Assembly (NCBI GenBank): GCA_951406725.2
Contig: OX597819.1
Coordinates: 71,238,001 to 71,302,000 of the forward strand
From: Octopus vulgaris
Lineage: Eukaryota
Length of the DNA: 64,000 bases
Reading direction: 5' to 3'
In this document: positions 1 through 12,248 of the stretch, piece after piece
Layout: each line of letters begins with the position of its first letter
Position numbering within the stretch: the stretch's first letter is position 1
Notes under the pieces: generated by a model
The model's input: the letters and a program-made list of their open reading frames with translations, nothing else
Told to the model about the DNA's origin: nothing
Databases searched by the model: none
Program-made: the position numbers and the translations under genes

Positions 1-3000
1 AAGACAAACGTAGCATTTCCAACAAAAACGATGTAAACAAAAAACAACGAACCCAGACCGTAAGGATACATAATAATACACGACAAACAGCAAGCCAAAA
101 TACGACAAACAAACATACGGATGAGATAGAAAGCGACACAAATCTAAAACCTGGAAACAACGAAGGGGAGCCTAATGATTATGATAATATAAAAAGTAGA
201 ATAATCAAAGAATTGAAAACCACAGAGCTCAAAATGGACCACCGACCATACCTCCCAAAAATCAAAATAGACAAAACAACAACATCAATTATAAACAACA
301 TAAACCTAGCCGTCACAGAACTAATAGCCACTGAAACAAAAAGCGATATCACTGAGCTAAATGACTTAGTATATGCAGCAGCCACTGCAGCCACAAAAGA
401 AGCTGGATACTCCCTCAAACCCATCCAAACAGGAGTACCACCACCCAAACAAACCCTGTGGATAAATAACATCCAAACGAAATTACAAAAAATCAGAAAA
501 GATCTGTCGATTCTTAATGAAATCAGTAGACAATCAACGCTACTGAGCAACAAACAAAAATACTCCGCAAATATAACACCACAGAAAAAGATTTACCTGA
601 GATAAAAGAAAAGCTGAAGCAAGATATCCTTGCCAAAGAACAAAGGATCCGCCGGTACGAGAAACGCCAACGTTTCTTTGAACAAAACAAACAGTTCAAC
701 TCCAACCCCAAAAAGTTCTACCAAGAACTTGGCAAAAATAAAATAGAAATCACTGCAGCAACAACGGCGGAAGAAGTGGATGAATTCTGGAGAGAAATAT
801 GGTCGGCGAACGAACAACCAAAAAAAAGGAGTATTGAAGCAACAAACTCAGCATCTGAGCAACTTTGGACTCCCATAACAACTGAAGAGGTCACCCAGGC
901 ACTGCAAAGACTAAGCATCTAGAAGACACCTGGGCATGACAAGATCCCCAACTTCTGGTTGAAATATCTAACAGGAATGCACAAAAAGCTGGCTGAAAAT
1001 TTTAACAACATACTGGCAGAGCCAGAGACAATGCCTGAATGGCTCACGAAAGGGAAAAACCATCTTAATTCCCAAATCAAATGAGACAGCAAAACCAGAA
1101 AACTACAGACCTATAACCTGTCTCCCTACAATGTATAAAGCATTTACTGCAGTGATATCGCAAAGATTGAACAAGCACCTGGACGAAAACAACCTGTTTC
1201 CAGAAAAGCAGAAAGGATGCCGCAAAGGCTCATATGGCTGTAAAGATCAACTAATGATCAATAAAGCCATAACTGAAGACAGCCACAGAAAGAAGAAAGG
1301 CCTCAATATGGCCTGGATCGACTACAAAAAGGCGTTTGATAGCATCCCCCACACATGGATTCTCGAAACACTAGCCATGAACCAAGTTGCACAAACAATC
1401 ATAAAATTCATAGAGCACTCTATGAATAAATGGCAAACTGCTACAGCTCCAAACAAAAGAGGAACTTGTGAAAACCAAAGCCATCCCCATTAAAAGAGGA
1501 ATATTCCAGGGAGATACGCTCTCTCCACTCCTTTTCTGCTTGGCACTATCACCTCTATCGGATATGCTAAACAGAACTGGATGCGGATATAAATGTTACA
1601 GCAAAAAGATCAGCCACCTTTTATATATGGATGACTTAAAACTATACGCTACAAATGACAAACAGCTGGAAACACTACTAAAGACACTTCATGGATTTAC
1701 CAAAGAAATAGATATGAAATTTGGATTAGAGAAATGCGCCAAAGTAACCATGAAAAGAGGAAAACTAATTAAGAGTAGCAACATCACACTAGATAAAACC
1801 AATGAAATAAAAGAATTAGACCAAAGCCAAACTTACAAATACTTAGGAATTCATGAACTAGATAAGACACAACACACACAAATGAAAGAGAAAATAAAAA
1901 AAAGAATATTATAGACGAGTTAGATCAATACTGAAAACAGAGCTCAATGCTAAAAACAAGATAATAGGTATCAACACTTTAGCTGTCCCAGTTATAAGTT
2001 ACAGCTACAATATCCTTAACTGGACACTAAATGACCTGACCAAAATAGATAGGAAAACAAGAAAAATACTGACAGGATCTAGGATGCATCACCCAAAATC
2101 TGACATAGAAAGGCTATATATACAACGTATAGATGGTTGTAGAGGCCTTATACAGCTGGAAAACTACTATAAAATAACCACCATAGGACTGCAAAAATAT
2201 CTACTTCAGAAGGAAGGAAAACTGATACAAATAGCGGCAAAACACGAGCAAAACAAAAAACTGTTCTTAGTATTTAAAGAAGCTGACAAATACAAACAAG
2301 AAATCATACCACCTAACAAATATGAAGAAAAAGAAGAAGAAGAAGATGAAGAAACAACAAAAGCTATAAAACAAATGAAATCCAAACTAAAAACAGAATA
2401 GCAACGAACCATGATAAAACGATGGCAAGAAAAGCCCCTTCATGGCAAATACTGGACTAAACTAAATGCAAAAGAAATAGACAAAGAAAAATCAAACAAT
2501 GGTTGAGAAGCTCAAGATTCAAAGCAGAGACAGAATGATTTTTAATTGGGGCACCAGAAATTACCAAAAACATGTAATGAAAAGAAATATAACAAGTAAC
2601 TGCAGAATACGTGGAGATGGACAAGAAACAATAAATCATATTATCTCTGGCTGCCCAGTCCTGGCTAAGAAGGAATATATTCACAGATACGACAGAGTTG
2701 GGACATATATATACACTGGAAACTATGCCAGCATTATGGAATAACAACAGAAAAAAGATGGTATAGGCACACACCAGAAAAGGTCACAGAAAACGAGAAA
2801 GCAACCATACTCTGGGATATGCCAATACACACAGATAGAGAAATTAAGGCCAACAGACCAGATATAGTTGTCAGAGATCATGAAGAAAAAAATGTTTTCT
2901 AATTAATGTATCAATACCAGCGGATGACAACGTGTCTCTAAAAGAAATGGAGAAACTTTCAAAATACAAAGACCTGGAAATAGAAGTAACCAGAATGTGG

Positions 3001-3264
3001 AATCTAAAAACAGAAACAATTCCTATTATAATAGGTGCATTAGGCATGATAAAAAATATTCAGACTAATACATAACAAAAACACCAGGACTTACAAACAC
3101 ATATAACATACAGAAAATTGCACTACTAGGCACTGCACACATCCTACGCAGAACACTTTCCATACAATAACCATTAGAGCATCACAACAAATCACAGCAC
3201 ATACCCAAGGCACACAGAGCTGCGCTCGGTAGTGAAGTGAAAGCACGATATATTAAATATACTA

Positions 3265-3267
<3 letters not shown>
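1..3267 (+). mobile_element. RLE-type non-LTR retrotransposon (R4/Dong-like), family A; frameshifted, runs off the window 5' end
   Basis: RT motifs split over ORFs 1131-1493 and 1468-1914 (WIDYKKAFDSIPH, RGIFQGDTLSPLLF, HLLYMDDLKLY, GLEKC). Decayed zinc-knuckle region (CRIRGDGQETINHIISGC) and RPDIV nuclease region follow. 3' end ...actactg is followed directly by (AAT)n. Confidence 0.9.
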
Positions 3268-3341
<74 letters not shown>

Positions 3342-3381
3342 TAATAATAATAATAATAACAACAACAACAACAACAACAAC

Positions 3382-3420
<39 letters not shown>

Positions 3421-3447
3421 TATAACAATAATAATAATAATAATAAT
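3268..3447. repeat. (AAT)n/(AAC)n microsatellite, tail/target between two RLE LINEs
   Basis: Direct reading. Confidence 0.95.
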
Positions 3448-4663
3448 CCAATTTGACCTTAAAACAACAACAATTTGAACTAGCTTACAAAACAACCACA
3501 ATTGCACTGGCCAAATATCTTAAAATAACGAATGACTGGATGCTAAAGCTCGTGGAAAATCACGAGAGACGAAAGAAGCTTCACTCTATCATAAAGGAAA
3601 GCCAAAATTTTGCTATTGATCTCGTGCAGGATACCCAAACTGAACAACCCGAGGGAAGTACGGCAACTATTGTTGCAAAGAAGGTGAAAATAATGGCAAC
3701 GAAAAAAGCGCACGAGCAATTGGCTGATAGGTGGGAGGAGAAACCTCTGCACGGCAAATATGTGGCCCGTAGCAAACAAGCTGATGTTGACCAGAAGCAA
3801 ACCCATCAGTGGCTATGGAGCTCAGGACTAAAAGCAGAGAGCGAAGGTTTCATCCTGGCTGCTCAAGATCAAAGCCTATTAACCCGGAACTACCAGGCCA
3901 ATGTGATGAAAAATGGAGCAGACCCAAAATGCCGATTCTGCAACGACATGATTGAAACAGTGGACCACCTAATCTCTGGATGTAAAGTCTTAGCACCAGT
4001 GGAGTATAAATTAAGACATGACAGAGTTGGCCAATATCTCCACTGGCTAATAAGTCGGCATTACAATATCAAATCTGCCGACAAGTGGTATAATCACCAC
4101 CCTGAAGCTGTAACTGAAGGAGAAAATGTAACGATTCTGTGGGACTTTCCAGTACATACAGACCGAACCATCAAAGTCAATAAACCGGATATTGTTGTGA
4201 AAGACCAAAACAATAAAGTTTGCTTATTGATCGACATGAGCATCCCCTGTGATCATAATATCTCGGCGAATGAGTTTGACAAGCTCAGAAAATATAAAGA
4301 CCTACTCATTGAAATTGAGAAAATGTGGCATCTCAAGGCGGTTACAATACCAGTGATCGTAGGAGCACTAGGAATGATCAAGAAGGGAACCGAAAATTAT
4401 ATGAGAATGATCCCTGGCTTACCATCCCTGCAAGAAGTGCAAAAGATTGTCTTAACTGGTACATCACACGTATTGAGAAGAGCATTGTCGATGTGAGAAC
4501 TGTTGCTGCTCATGTATTTTAATTTAACTTTTTAAAAAAATGAACGAATTAGTGAGTTTAGTTTAATGGCCTACCAATGTATACTATGAGTTTTTTTGCC
4601 CTAGGAGTCGGGAAGACACTCGGCAAGAAATGAAAGCAAATTTGAAAGAAGAGGAAAAAAAAG
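3448..4663 (+). mobile_element. 5'-truncated RLE LINE (R4/Dong-like), family B
   Basis: Open 347-aa C-terminal ORF homologous to but diverged from family A; about 170-bp 3'UTR; (AAT)n on both sides. Confidence 0.9.
3453..4496 (+). CDS. C-terminal part of LINE ORF: CCHC zinc knuckle + restriction-like endonuclease
   Basis: CRFCNDMIETVDHLISGC, RHD, ILWDFPVHTD, KPDIVV...LIDMSIP, KLRKYKDL. There is no genuine start codon (truncated). Confidence 0.85.
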   Translation: MTLKQQQFELAYKTTTIALAKYLKITNDWMLKLVENHERRKKLHSIIKESQNFAIDLVQDTQTEQPEGSTATIVAKKVKIMATKKAHEQLADRWEEKPLHGKYVARSKQADVDQKQTHQWLWSSGLKAESEGFILAAQDQSLLTRNYQANVMKNGADPKCRFCNDMIETVDHLISGCKVLAPVEYKLRHDRVGQYLHWLISRHYNIKSADKWYNHHPEAVTEGENVTILWDFPVHTDRTIKVNKPDIVVKDQNNKVCLLIDMSIPCDHNISANEFDKLRKYKDLLIEIEKMWHLKAVTIPVIVGALGMIKKGTENYMRMIPGLPSLQEVQKIVLTGTSHVLRRALSM

Positions 4664-4720
<57 letters not shown>

Positions 4721-4721
<1 letters not shown>

Positions 4722-5258
4722 GGCAGAGGCTCTCATGGCTTCTGATCTTAACTGATTGGAAGTGTTATCATGTACATTGTTTTGTCTTGGTATAAAAGAT
4801 GGGCTACAGCAAATATTCTGCTCAATACCACAGATTTGCTTGTCAGTTGTTTGACCTTAACCAGTTGAGCATGTCCCTTAGTGGCTGACGATATGTGCAT
4901 CTCTGATCATGAGCAGAAGTAGTGGGGGAGCATCATAGCCGTGTGTTGAGAGGGATTCTTTGGGGTTTGAATAGTTCACCTCTGGAAACATGGGTGGTTC
5001 TTTCAACATCCTTAAACAACCCTTAGTCAGGGACCGTTTGAGCGGGATGGGCTACTCAACCTGAAGAAAATTCTAACTGGGCCCCACCTGCAAGGTCATG
5101 TGCTGTTTATCTTGATATGAGATCACCATGTCGCGCACATATGGTTGTGATGCATGTGCCTGGTGTACCTTTATCAGACGGGTAGTCATGATGGGTATAT
5201 TGGGCTTCGTATATTTTACCCCAGTGTCACTTTGATGGCATGAACTGCTCTCTCACTC
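4721..5258 (+). mobile_element. Non-coding ~540-bp unit flanked by (AAT)n; probable retroelement 3' fragment or non-autonomous element
   Basis: Sharp (AAT)n boundaries on both sides, complex internal sequence, no ORF. Strand inferred from the AAT tail. Confidence 0.5.
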
Positions 5259-5316
<58 letters not shown>

Positions 5317-6255
5317 TCATCACTACGTGTGTATATGAGAGAAAGAAAGAGAGAGAGAGAGAGAAAACAACTGAAATATCACTAAGAGAGAAGAAACGAG
5401 GGAGAAGAAGAGAGTTACAGTATAGGAAATTAAACATTTGGAAAAACAGGACTGTTCTTTAGGAGAAAACAACAAAATTGAATAATAATAATGATAAGAA
5501 GAAGAAGAAGAAGAAGAAAAAAAGATGAGGAAGATGAAGAAAAAGGAGAGGAAGAAGAAGAAAAGAGGAGGAAGATGAAGAGCAACAACAATTATTATAT
5601 ATTGATTTCTTTCATTGGGATTGAGCCAAATATTTATAGGGATGGATGTTGATAGAATCGATCGCAGTAGTTACTTTATCGATTACAGAGGGACACGAGG
5701 CAATGTTGATACGCCGCTGGGATGTATGTGTGTGTGCGTTATATTTTGAACGTAAAGTAATGAAATTAAATACTTCTCGTAATTGCAATGCAAAATAATC
5801 TTAATTCGATTATGGCTTAGCGGGCGAGTAATCGCATCTCTGGAGATGAAAACATGGTTTAATATTTGCGTCTTTCAGGCCTGGGACGGTGACTTCATTA
5901 AAATCGTTAGAGCAGCGGAGAAAATATTTCGGATATTTAGTTGCACAGAATTAGCAGGTGCAACTAAACGTCTGAGGGAAAGCCCTGTCGTTGCCGTTCC
6001 AGTTTTCAACGTTCCTCGTTCGAACTCCACCGAAATCAATTTTGTTTGTTTTATCTTTTCAGGGACAATGAATGAAGCAGCAAGGCTTTCTTGCAGTAAT
6101 TCGTTCCGGCTCTTGATTTCTAGTTCAAACTCCGCTTCTTTTCATCTAAGAAATGAGTCTTTCAACCGCTTCCACCGTCAAGAAGAAAAAGCAAGAAAAA
6201 AAAACAAAGCAAAAACTTTGAAACCCCTTAAGCAAGGACTCACATAACTAACTGG

Positions 6256-6575
6256 CCCTTCGTCAGTTACGATCACGAGTGCTCCAGATGATACGATCAA
6301 CGGAACCACCTGCTCGTGAAATTAACGTGCAAGTGGCTGAGCTCTTCACAGACACGTGTACCCTTAACGCAGCCCACAGGGAAATTCAGCATGGCACAGT
6401 GTGACAAGGCTGGCCCTTTGAATTACAGACACAACTCATTTTAGCCAGCTGAGTGGACAAGAGCAACGTGAAATAAAGAGTCTTGCTCAAGGTCGTACAA
6501 CTCACCACTGAGTATCGAACTCTCGACCTTACGATCCTGAGCCTAATACCGAAGACACTAAGCCACGTGCTTTCA
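6256..6575 (-). mobile_element. tRNA-derived SINE, family C (diverged)
   Basis: Body matches 33810-33970 (gtggctgagc..cacagacacgtgtacccttaacg, gtgtgacaaggc). Decayed tRNA-like head near 6510-6570. Confidence 0.7.
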
Positions 6576-6941
6576 CTATGAACAAACGTATTTTCAGCTT
6601 ATCAGAAAACGCGGGAAATTTCAAGAACTTGCAATCTCTACCCCCACCCACTCTCTTTGTTTCTCTCTCTCTTTCTCTTTCTTTCTCTCACTGTCTTTTT
6701 CTCTGTCTGTCTGTCTCTGTCTCTCTTTCTCTCTCTCTTTCTCAATCACTTTCTCGTTGCATATCTCTATACTCTCAGTTAAAAGACCATTGCGTTTAAC
6801 TTTGCTTTCACCCAATTAGGGCTTATTAAATAAGTCCCAGTCGAGTTTTAAGGTATTGGCGCCGAAATAACGGACAATTTCTTCTGATCAAGAATGCCTT
6901 GTATTCCCACCTGTGAAAAAATCGGTATTTTAAAGCAATAA

Positions 6942-7189
6942 TGTTGGGTTGGTGCATAATAATTATTGCGGCTTTTTTTCAGCAAATTTTATTCAACAAA
7001 AACAATAACAATATTTAACAAAAACATCTTTAAATGACGGTCTGCCAAGCAAATGGGAAGCAGTAATTGAAGTAGATGCTGAATGTGCACCGGAACAATC
7101 ATTTAAAGATGTTTTTGTTACATGTTATTGTTTTTGTTGAATAAAATTTGTTGAATAAAAGCCGCAATAATTATGCAAACAGCCCAATA
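6942..7189 (+). mobile_element. mariner-derived MITE
   Basis: Long TIRs ttgggttggtgcataa...ttatgcaaacagcccaa. Centre encodes a mariner-like C-terminus LPSKWEAVIEVD. Confidence 0.85.
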
Positions 7190-7829
7190 CAGTTCTGATC
7201 TGTTTGATTTCTGATCCTCAACAAGTGTCATGTTCGGAGATATATATTTAATACTGGACTAGATACGTCCTCAGACGGTAAAGAAACGAAAAAAAAAAAA
7301 AGTGGTGCTAAGTACTTAACTGGTATTTTATTGTATCGACCTGGTAGGAATGAAAAGAGAACGAGGCGTTGGCGCGATTTCTACTCAGAACATAAAGAAA
7401 CCAAAGAAATGGCGCTAAGCATTTTTGTGCGACACACTCATGATTCTGCCAGCATTCCATCGTACAATAAAGGTTAGTGAAACTAAATGCCGACCTAACT
7501 CTGTTGACAATTCCACTGATCCGTTCCATGCTAATTATAAGTGCATTATCGGCTGTTTCTAACTATTCCTTGCAAACACTACATCATATATGTTTGTGTG
7601 CGTTGACGTTTGACTGGCACGAAACGATGTAATATATCTCTATTATTCACATCCGGTGAACCGTCTCTATCAGGTTGTGGAAACTCCCAAAGACGGTCAT
7701 CAGGACATTTGGAAAATGGTTTTTCCCTTTTATTCAAACGAAGAACAGTTGTGTTCTAATAACCATTCTTCTTTATCTTCTTTCTCCTATATCTAATCCT
7801 TTGTCTCCATTTCCCAATCAATAAATCTA

Positions 7830-7917
<88 letters not shown>

Positions 7918-8075
7918 TGTCTGTCAATCTATACGTCCGTCAGTCTGTCTGTCGTCCATCCATCTCTCCCTCTTTCATAAATATGTAAATCTGTATATCA
8001 CTCATTCTCTGTCTCTATTTTTACTTTTTCACACACGTGGTCACACAATGAACCAACTTCTGTATCTATCCAGTC

Positions 8076-8127
<52 letters not shown>

Positions 8128-9244
8128 TCCTGATTGTCTCTCTCTCTCTATTTCTATCATTATCTCTCTCCCTTTCTCTCTCACTCATACATGCGCGCTT
8201 ACGCACAGTGACACACATAAAGTTCTTATATCTGCACATGTACCCATACACACACACACACAAATATATATATATACATACACGGACGTGCGCGCACATA
8301 CACACGAACGCACACACACAAACCCACCCACACATACACACCCACACACACACAAACAAACAAGTATTTTGCATTTATTCACAGTGAAACAATATTTGTC
8401 AACATGCTCTTTCTCTTACTTTGACTGTCTGACTTTCCCTCCCTCCCTCTCATCCTCTCTCTCTCTCTCTCTCTCACACACATTTATTCTGCATTCATAC
8501 ACAACCAAACATTATCTGCCATGCTCTTTTTCTCCACCTCCACTCTCTCTCTCTCCCGGTAAGTGAGCTAGTGCTTTGATGTGTGAATGTATGTGGTGAC
8601 TGAGTGTTGTATGTGTTGGGGGAGAGAGAGAGAGGAGGAGAGAGAAAGAAAAAGAGAGAGATAGAGAAAGAAAGAGAGAGAGAGAAAAGAGAGAGAGAGA
8701 GAGAGAGAGAATTTCCACCAACTCGAAATATAATTTATCTTCTTGACAGCATAAAACGTCTGCCATTATTTGGAAGCCATTTATTGCTCTGGCAACGTTA
8801 TGGCTTTCCTACCGGAATCTCACTCCATCTTTTAATGTCTCTGCTATAAAAAGTATCAGCACTAAACAGACCAGCATCCTAAATTCGAGCGGCTATTCCA
8901 TTTTCTAGCAATACCAAGCAAATGTCCTTTAATACATTGCTGCAGCATAGGCGCAAGCGTGGTTGTGTGGTTATGATGATCGCATTGCAGCGACGTGCTT
9001 TCAGTTTCAGTCCCACATTGGGAAAGTGGTTTCTACTATGGTCGCAGGGCCACTGATGCTTTGTGAGTGGGTTTGATGGCGGAAATTGGGTGCAATTTGT
9101 CGTATTTACATACATACATTATAAAACGGCGAGCCGGCAAAATTGTTACCACCCTGCAAAAAATGCTTTCCGCTTTTGTTTTTAAACATTCTGAATTCGA
9201 ATGCCATCTAGGTCAACATTCTCTTTCATCCACTCGGGGCCGGT

Positions 9245-9283
9245 AGGCGCGGGAGTGGCTGTGTGGTAAGTAGCTTGCTTACC
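9245..9283 (+). mobile_element. 5' head of a family A SINE split by an insertion; it resumes at 11815-11900
   Basis: aggcgcgggagtggctgtgtggtaagtagcttgcttacc; the continuation aaccacatgattctaggttcagtccc follows 11830. Confidence 0.9.
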
Positions 9284-9818
9284 TCATTGCGCATGTGCGA
9301 ATTAGAGTTGTGTTTGACACCGAAGATGTAAGACGTGTTTTTGAAAGCCGTCTTAAATTGAAGACTTTTGAAACTCAGCCGTAAGGTAAAAGTTTTTGGG
9401 GTCTAGTGGGGACCTGTTGTATGTCGCAAATTATTTTTACAAACAAGAAGTCCTTACTAGACTCTAGTCTGCCTGAGGCTGAGTGAAAATATTATTCACA
9501 TAATTGTGAAAATTATTGGTTTGGTGGGCGTATCCTGCCAAAATTTTTGTTTGAAAATAGTGTTGTTCCTGTTAAGGAGTACCTAGAAGAAAATTGGAAT
9601 GATTTTTTAACTGTTTTACAGTTGTGTTAAATTTTGGCCTATAGTACCAAGTGGCCTTTGCTGTGTTCTGAACTGTTGCTCTCTCTTCTTCTATCTTTGA
9701 TTTAAAACGATAAAAAACTTTATCGAACTGTTAATTTTTTCTCTCTCTTCCTTTTGTTTGGACTTTTTACTTTTTCCTTCTTTTTCTTTTATTATTTTAT
9801 ATTTTAACAACTGAATTT

Positions 9819-11072
9819 TTGGACTCTTTAAAAAAAAACATTGCAAATAGCAATGAAAAGTTGGTGGAGTTGGAAATTACACCACCCAAAAAATGGTTAA
9901 AAGAACTTGGGAGTAAGACGGTGGTTTTGAGGACCTACTTTAGGACCCTCGACGCCATTGTCGTTTTCAAAAAGGATGTAATCGAAAGAGAGCTGGTAGA
10001 ATTTAAGCCGGCGATTAAGTTTATCACTCGGGGGTGGGGGTGTCAATTACGCAACCGAATGGTTGCTGTTTGACTCCCCAGAAGTGGCCTGTGAATTTGC
10101 AAGTCAGTCCCTGGAGGGTAATGAAATTTTGCTTCTTCCCACTTATTGTGGGAAGAGTTTGACGAGGGCTTGGGTTTGCTGCTTGCCACCCGGAGATGAG
10201 CCCCAGTGGATTGGAGATAGGGTCTGGGTGGCAGTAACACCAAGCTCCTCAGCGTAAATATTCTGCCTGCGGCTGACTGGGAGGGGTCAAAAGCTGCTTT
10301 GACCCTATGGACCCAGTCAGCCGAAAGTCTGGTATTTCCAGACTTTTTGAGAATGACCGGGTCTATGTATCCGGTGTTTCTTGAGGGACGCCCCCACAAG
10401 TGTCATCGGTGTTTGAAACCTGGCCATACAAAAAATAACTGTTCTCAAGGGCAAAGCAAAGTCCCGGAGCGGTTGACGGAGACCTCTGTAGAGGAGGGAA
10501 TGAAGGCGGCCGAAAAGACGGAGGACTCCTCAAAGAAGAGCCGCAAAAGGAAGAAGGAGAGCAATAATGGGTGATCACCGAAGAATCCTGGGGATGAGGG
10601 AGGGAAGGTGAATCTTCAGGTCACGGAGAAGACTCGCCCACCCCCAGTCGAGAAGAAAAAAAAGAGGAAGAGGAGGAGAAACGAGACATTGCCGGCAGTC
10701 GGAGACATGACGCCGGAGTGTCACAGAGCCTCGTCGGTTGTGCCACCGGAGAGGGGAGAGACACCATTGGCGGGAGTTGTGCCGCCAACGGTAGAATTGA
10801 CCGACCCAGATCCGGTGTACCAGAAACTGTTGGAAAAGATAGTGAAAGAACACTATGAGGGAATACCTTTGGTCTTCACACAGGACCCCGAATGGCCTCC
10901 GTAGATAGCTGTGGAGGTCGTAACCTTGCGCCTGTTTATGATGCTGGACGGACTAAAAGAAGAATATCGCTCGTGGCCGGGTAACGCCAACTCAGACCCC
11001 GCCGTGATTTTAAACGAAGCATGGGCTATGGCGCAGTACACAGAAACAAGCGATTATAAGGTGGAAAATTGA
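9819..11072 (+). pseudogene. Disrupted LINE ORF1-like protein with CCHC zinc knuckle
   Basis: ORF pieces 9819-10073, 10063-10257, 10299-10574 (FLEGRPHKCHRCLKPGHTKNNC) and 10608-10904, with basic tracts KKSRKRKK and KKKKRKRRR. The 3' limit is approximate. Confidence 0.7.
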
Positions 11073-11228
11073 CAAGAGGTTGAAAAGCCTGAGTGTTATA
11101 ATGTGTAAGAGGCCCAGCACCTCATTTGTAAAAGGACTAGTGTTAATTGTATATTGAATATTTGTAATGCACTATTAAGTCCAAAAACTGTAAAAACTAT
11201 TGTGAGAGGTTCAATACTTCGCTTTGTT

Positions 11229-11658
11229 TATTCTCTCTTTTCTCTTTTACTCTTTTACTTGTTTCAGTCATTTGACTGCGGCCATGCTGGAGCACCGCCT
11301 TTAATCGAGCGACTCGACCCCGGGACTTATTCTTTTGTAAGCCCAGTACTTATTCTATCGGTCTCTTTTGCCGAACCGCTAAGTAACGGGGACATAAACA
11401 CACCAGCATCGGTTGTCAAGCAATGCTAGGGGGACAAACACACTCACACAAACACACACACGCATATATATATATATATATATATACATATATACGACAG
11501 GCTTCTTTCAGTTTCCGTCTTCCAAATCCACTCACAAGGCTTTGGTCGGCCCGAGGCTATAGTAGAAGACACTTGCCCAAGGTGCCACGCAGTGGGACTG
11601 AACCCGGAACCATGTGGCTGGTAAACAAGCTACTTACCACACAGCCACCCCTGCGCCT
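11229..11658 (-). mobile_element. Full-length tRNA-derived SINE, family A, nested in the ORF1-only element
   Basis: On the minus strand: head with A-box (tggctgtgtgg) and B-box (ggttcagtccc), internal TA/CA tract, tail ggcggtgctccagcatggccgcagtcaaatgactgaaac, then a (gtaaaaga)-like end. Confidence 0.92.
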
Positions 11659-11937
11659 AAAAAAAGAACAATGTTTTAGAGAAGAAGAAATTCGGCGGGC
11701 GTTTTTGTCTTCTCTCATCAATATCATCCTTACTTCATCATTCACCTCATCAATATATATGTCCAGCCCGCAGCTACACTTTGTAATGCCTTTATGGCAA
11801 CTTCTTATGAAATAAAGTAGCTTGCTTACCAACCACATGATTCTAGGTTCAGTCCCACTGCGTGGCACCTTAGGCAAGTGTCTTCTAAAATAGTCTCGGG
11901 TCTTCTATCTGTCGTATATATATATATATATATATAT

Positions 11938-12173
11938 ACCGGAGTAAACACATAAATGTGAAACAAGGTGGAAAAAAGAGTACTCAAATACCAGTGGTAG
12001 AGTAATATGCTTTATTTAAAGCAGCAGAAAATTCAACAAAATCTGTTACTCTGAGTTTCTCGTTGCCGTTCATCAGACAGTTTTTGGTAGAATCTAGCAA
12101 AAACTGTCTGATGAACGGCAACGAGAAACTCAGAGTAACAGATTTTGTTGAATTTTCTGCTGCTTTAAATAAA

Positions 12174-12175
<2 letters not shown>
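11938..12175. mobile_element. Fold-back PLE pseudo-LTR-like unit in (TA)n
   Basis: About 80-bp near-perfect inverted arms (12010-12090 / 12094-12174); (TA)n on both flanks. Confidence 0.75.
12104..12141 (+). ncRNA. Minimal type-I hammerhead ribozyme (mirror copy on the minus strand in the left arm)
   Basis: ctgt-CTGATGA-a-cg(gcaa)cg-a-GAAA-ctcagag-TA-acag. Stem I ctgt/acag; stem III actc/gagt. Confidence 0.75.

Positions 12176-12248
<73 letters not shown>

Larger units (their letters stand above)
9284..11814 (+). mobile_element. ORF1-only L1/Tx1-like non-autonomous retroelement with 16-bp TSD
   Basis: aagtagcttgcttacc at both 9268-9283 and 11815-11830. AATAAA at 11811-11816. Disrupted ORF1 inside; no RT/EN sequence seen. 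Confidence 0.8.

Noticed and set aside
5783-6247. 154-aa ORF as a host gene
   Set aside because: No ATG start, no recognisable domain, and it overlaps decayed family B SINE sequence.
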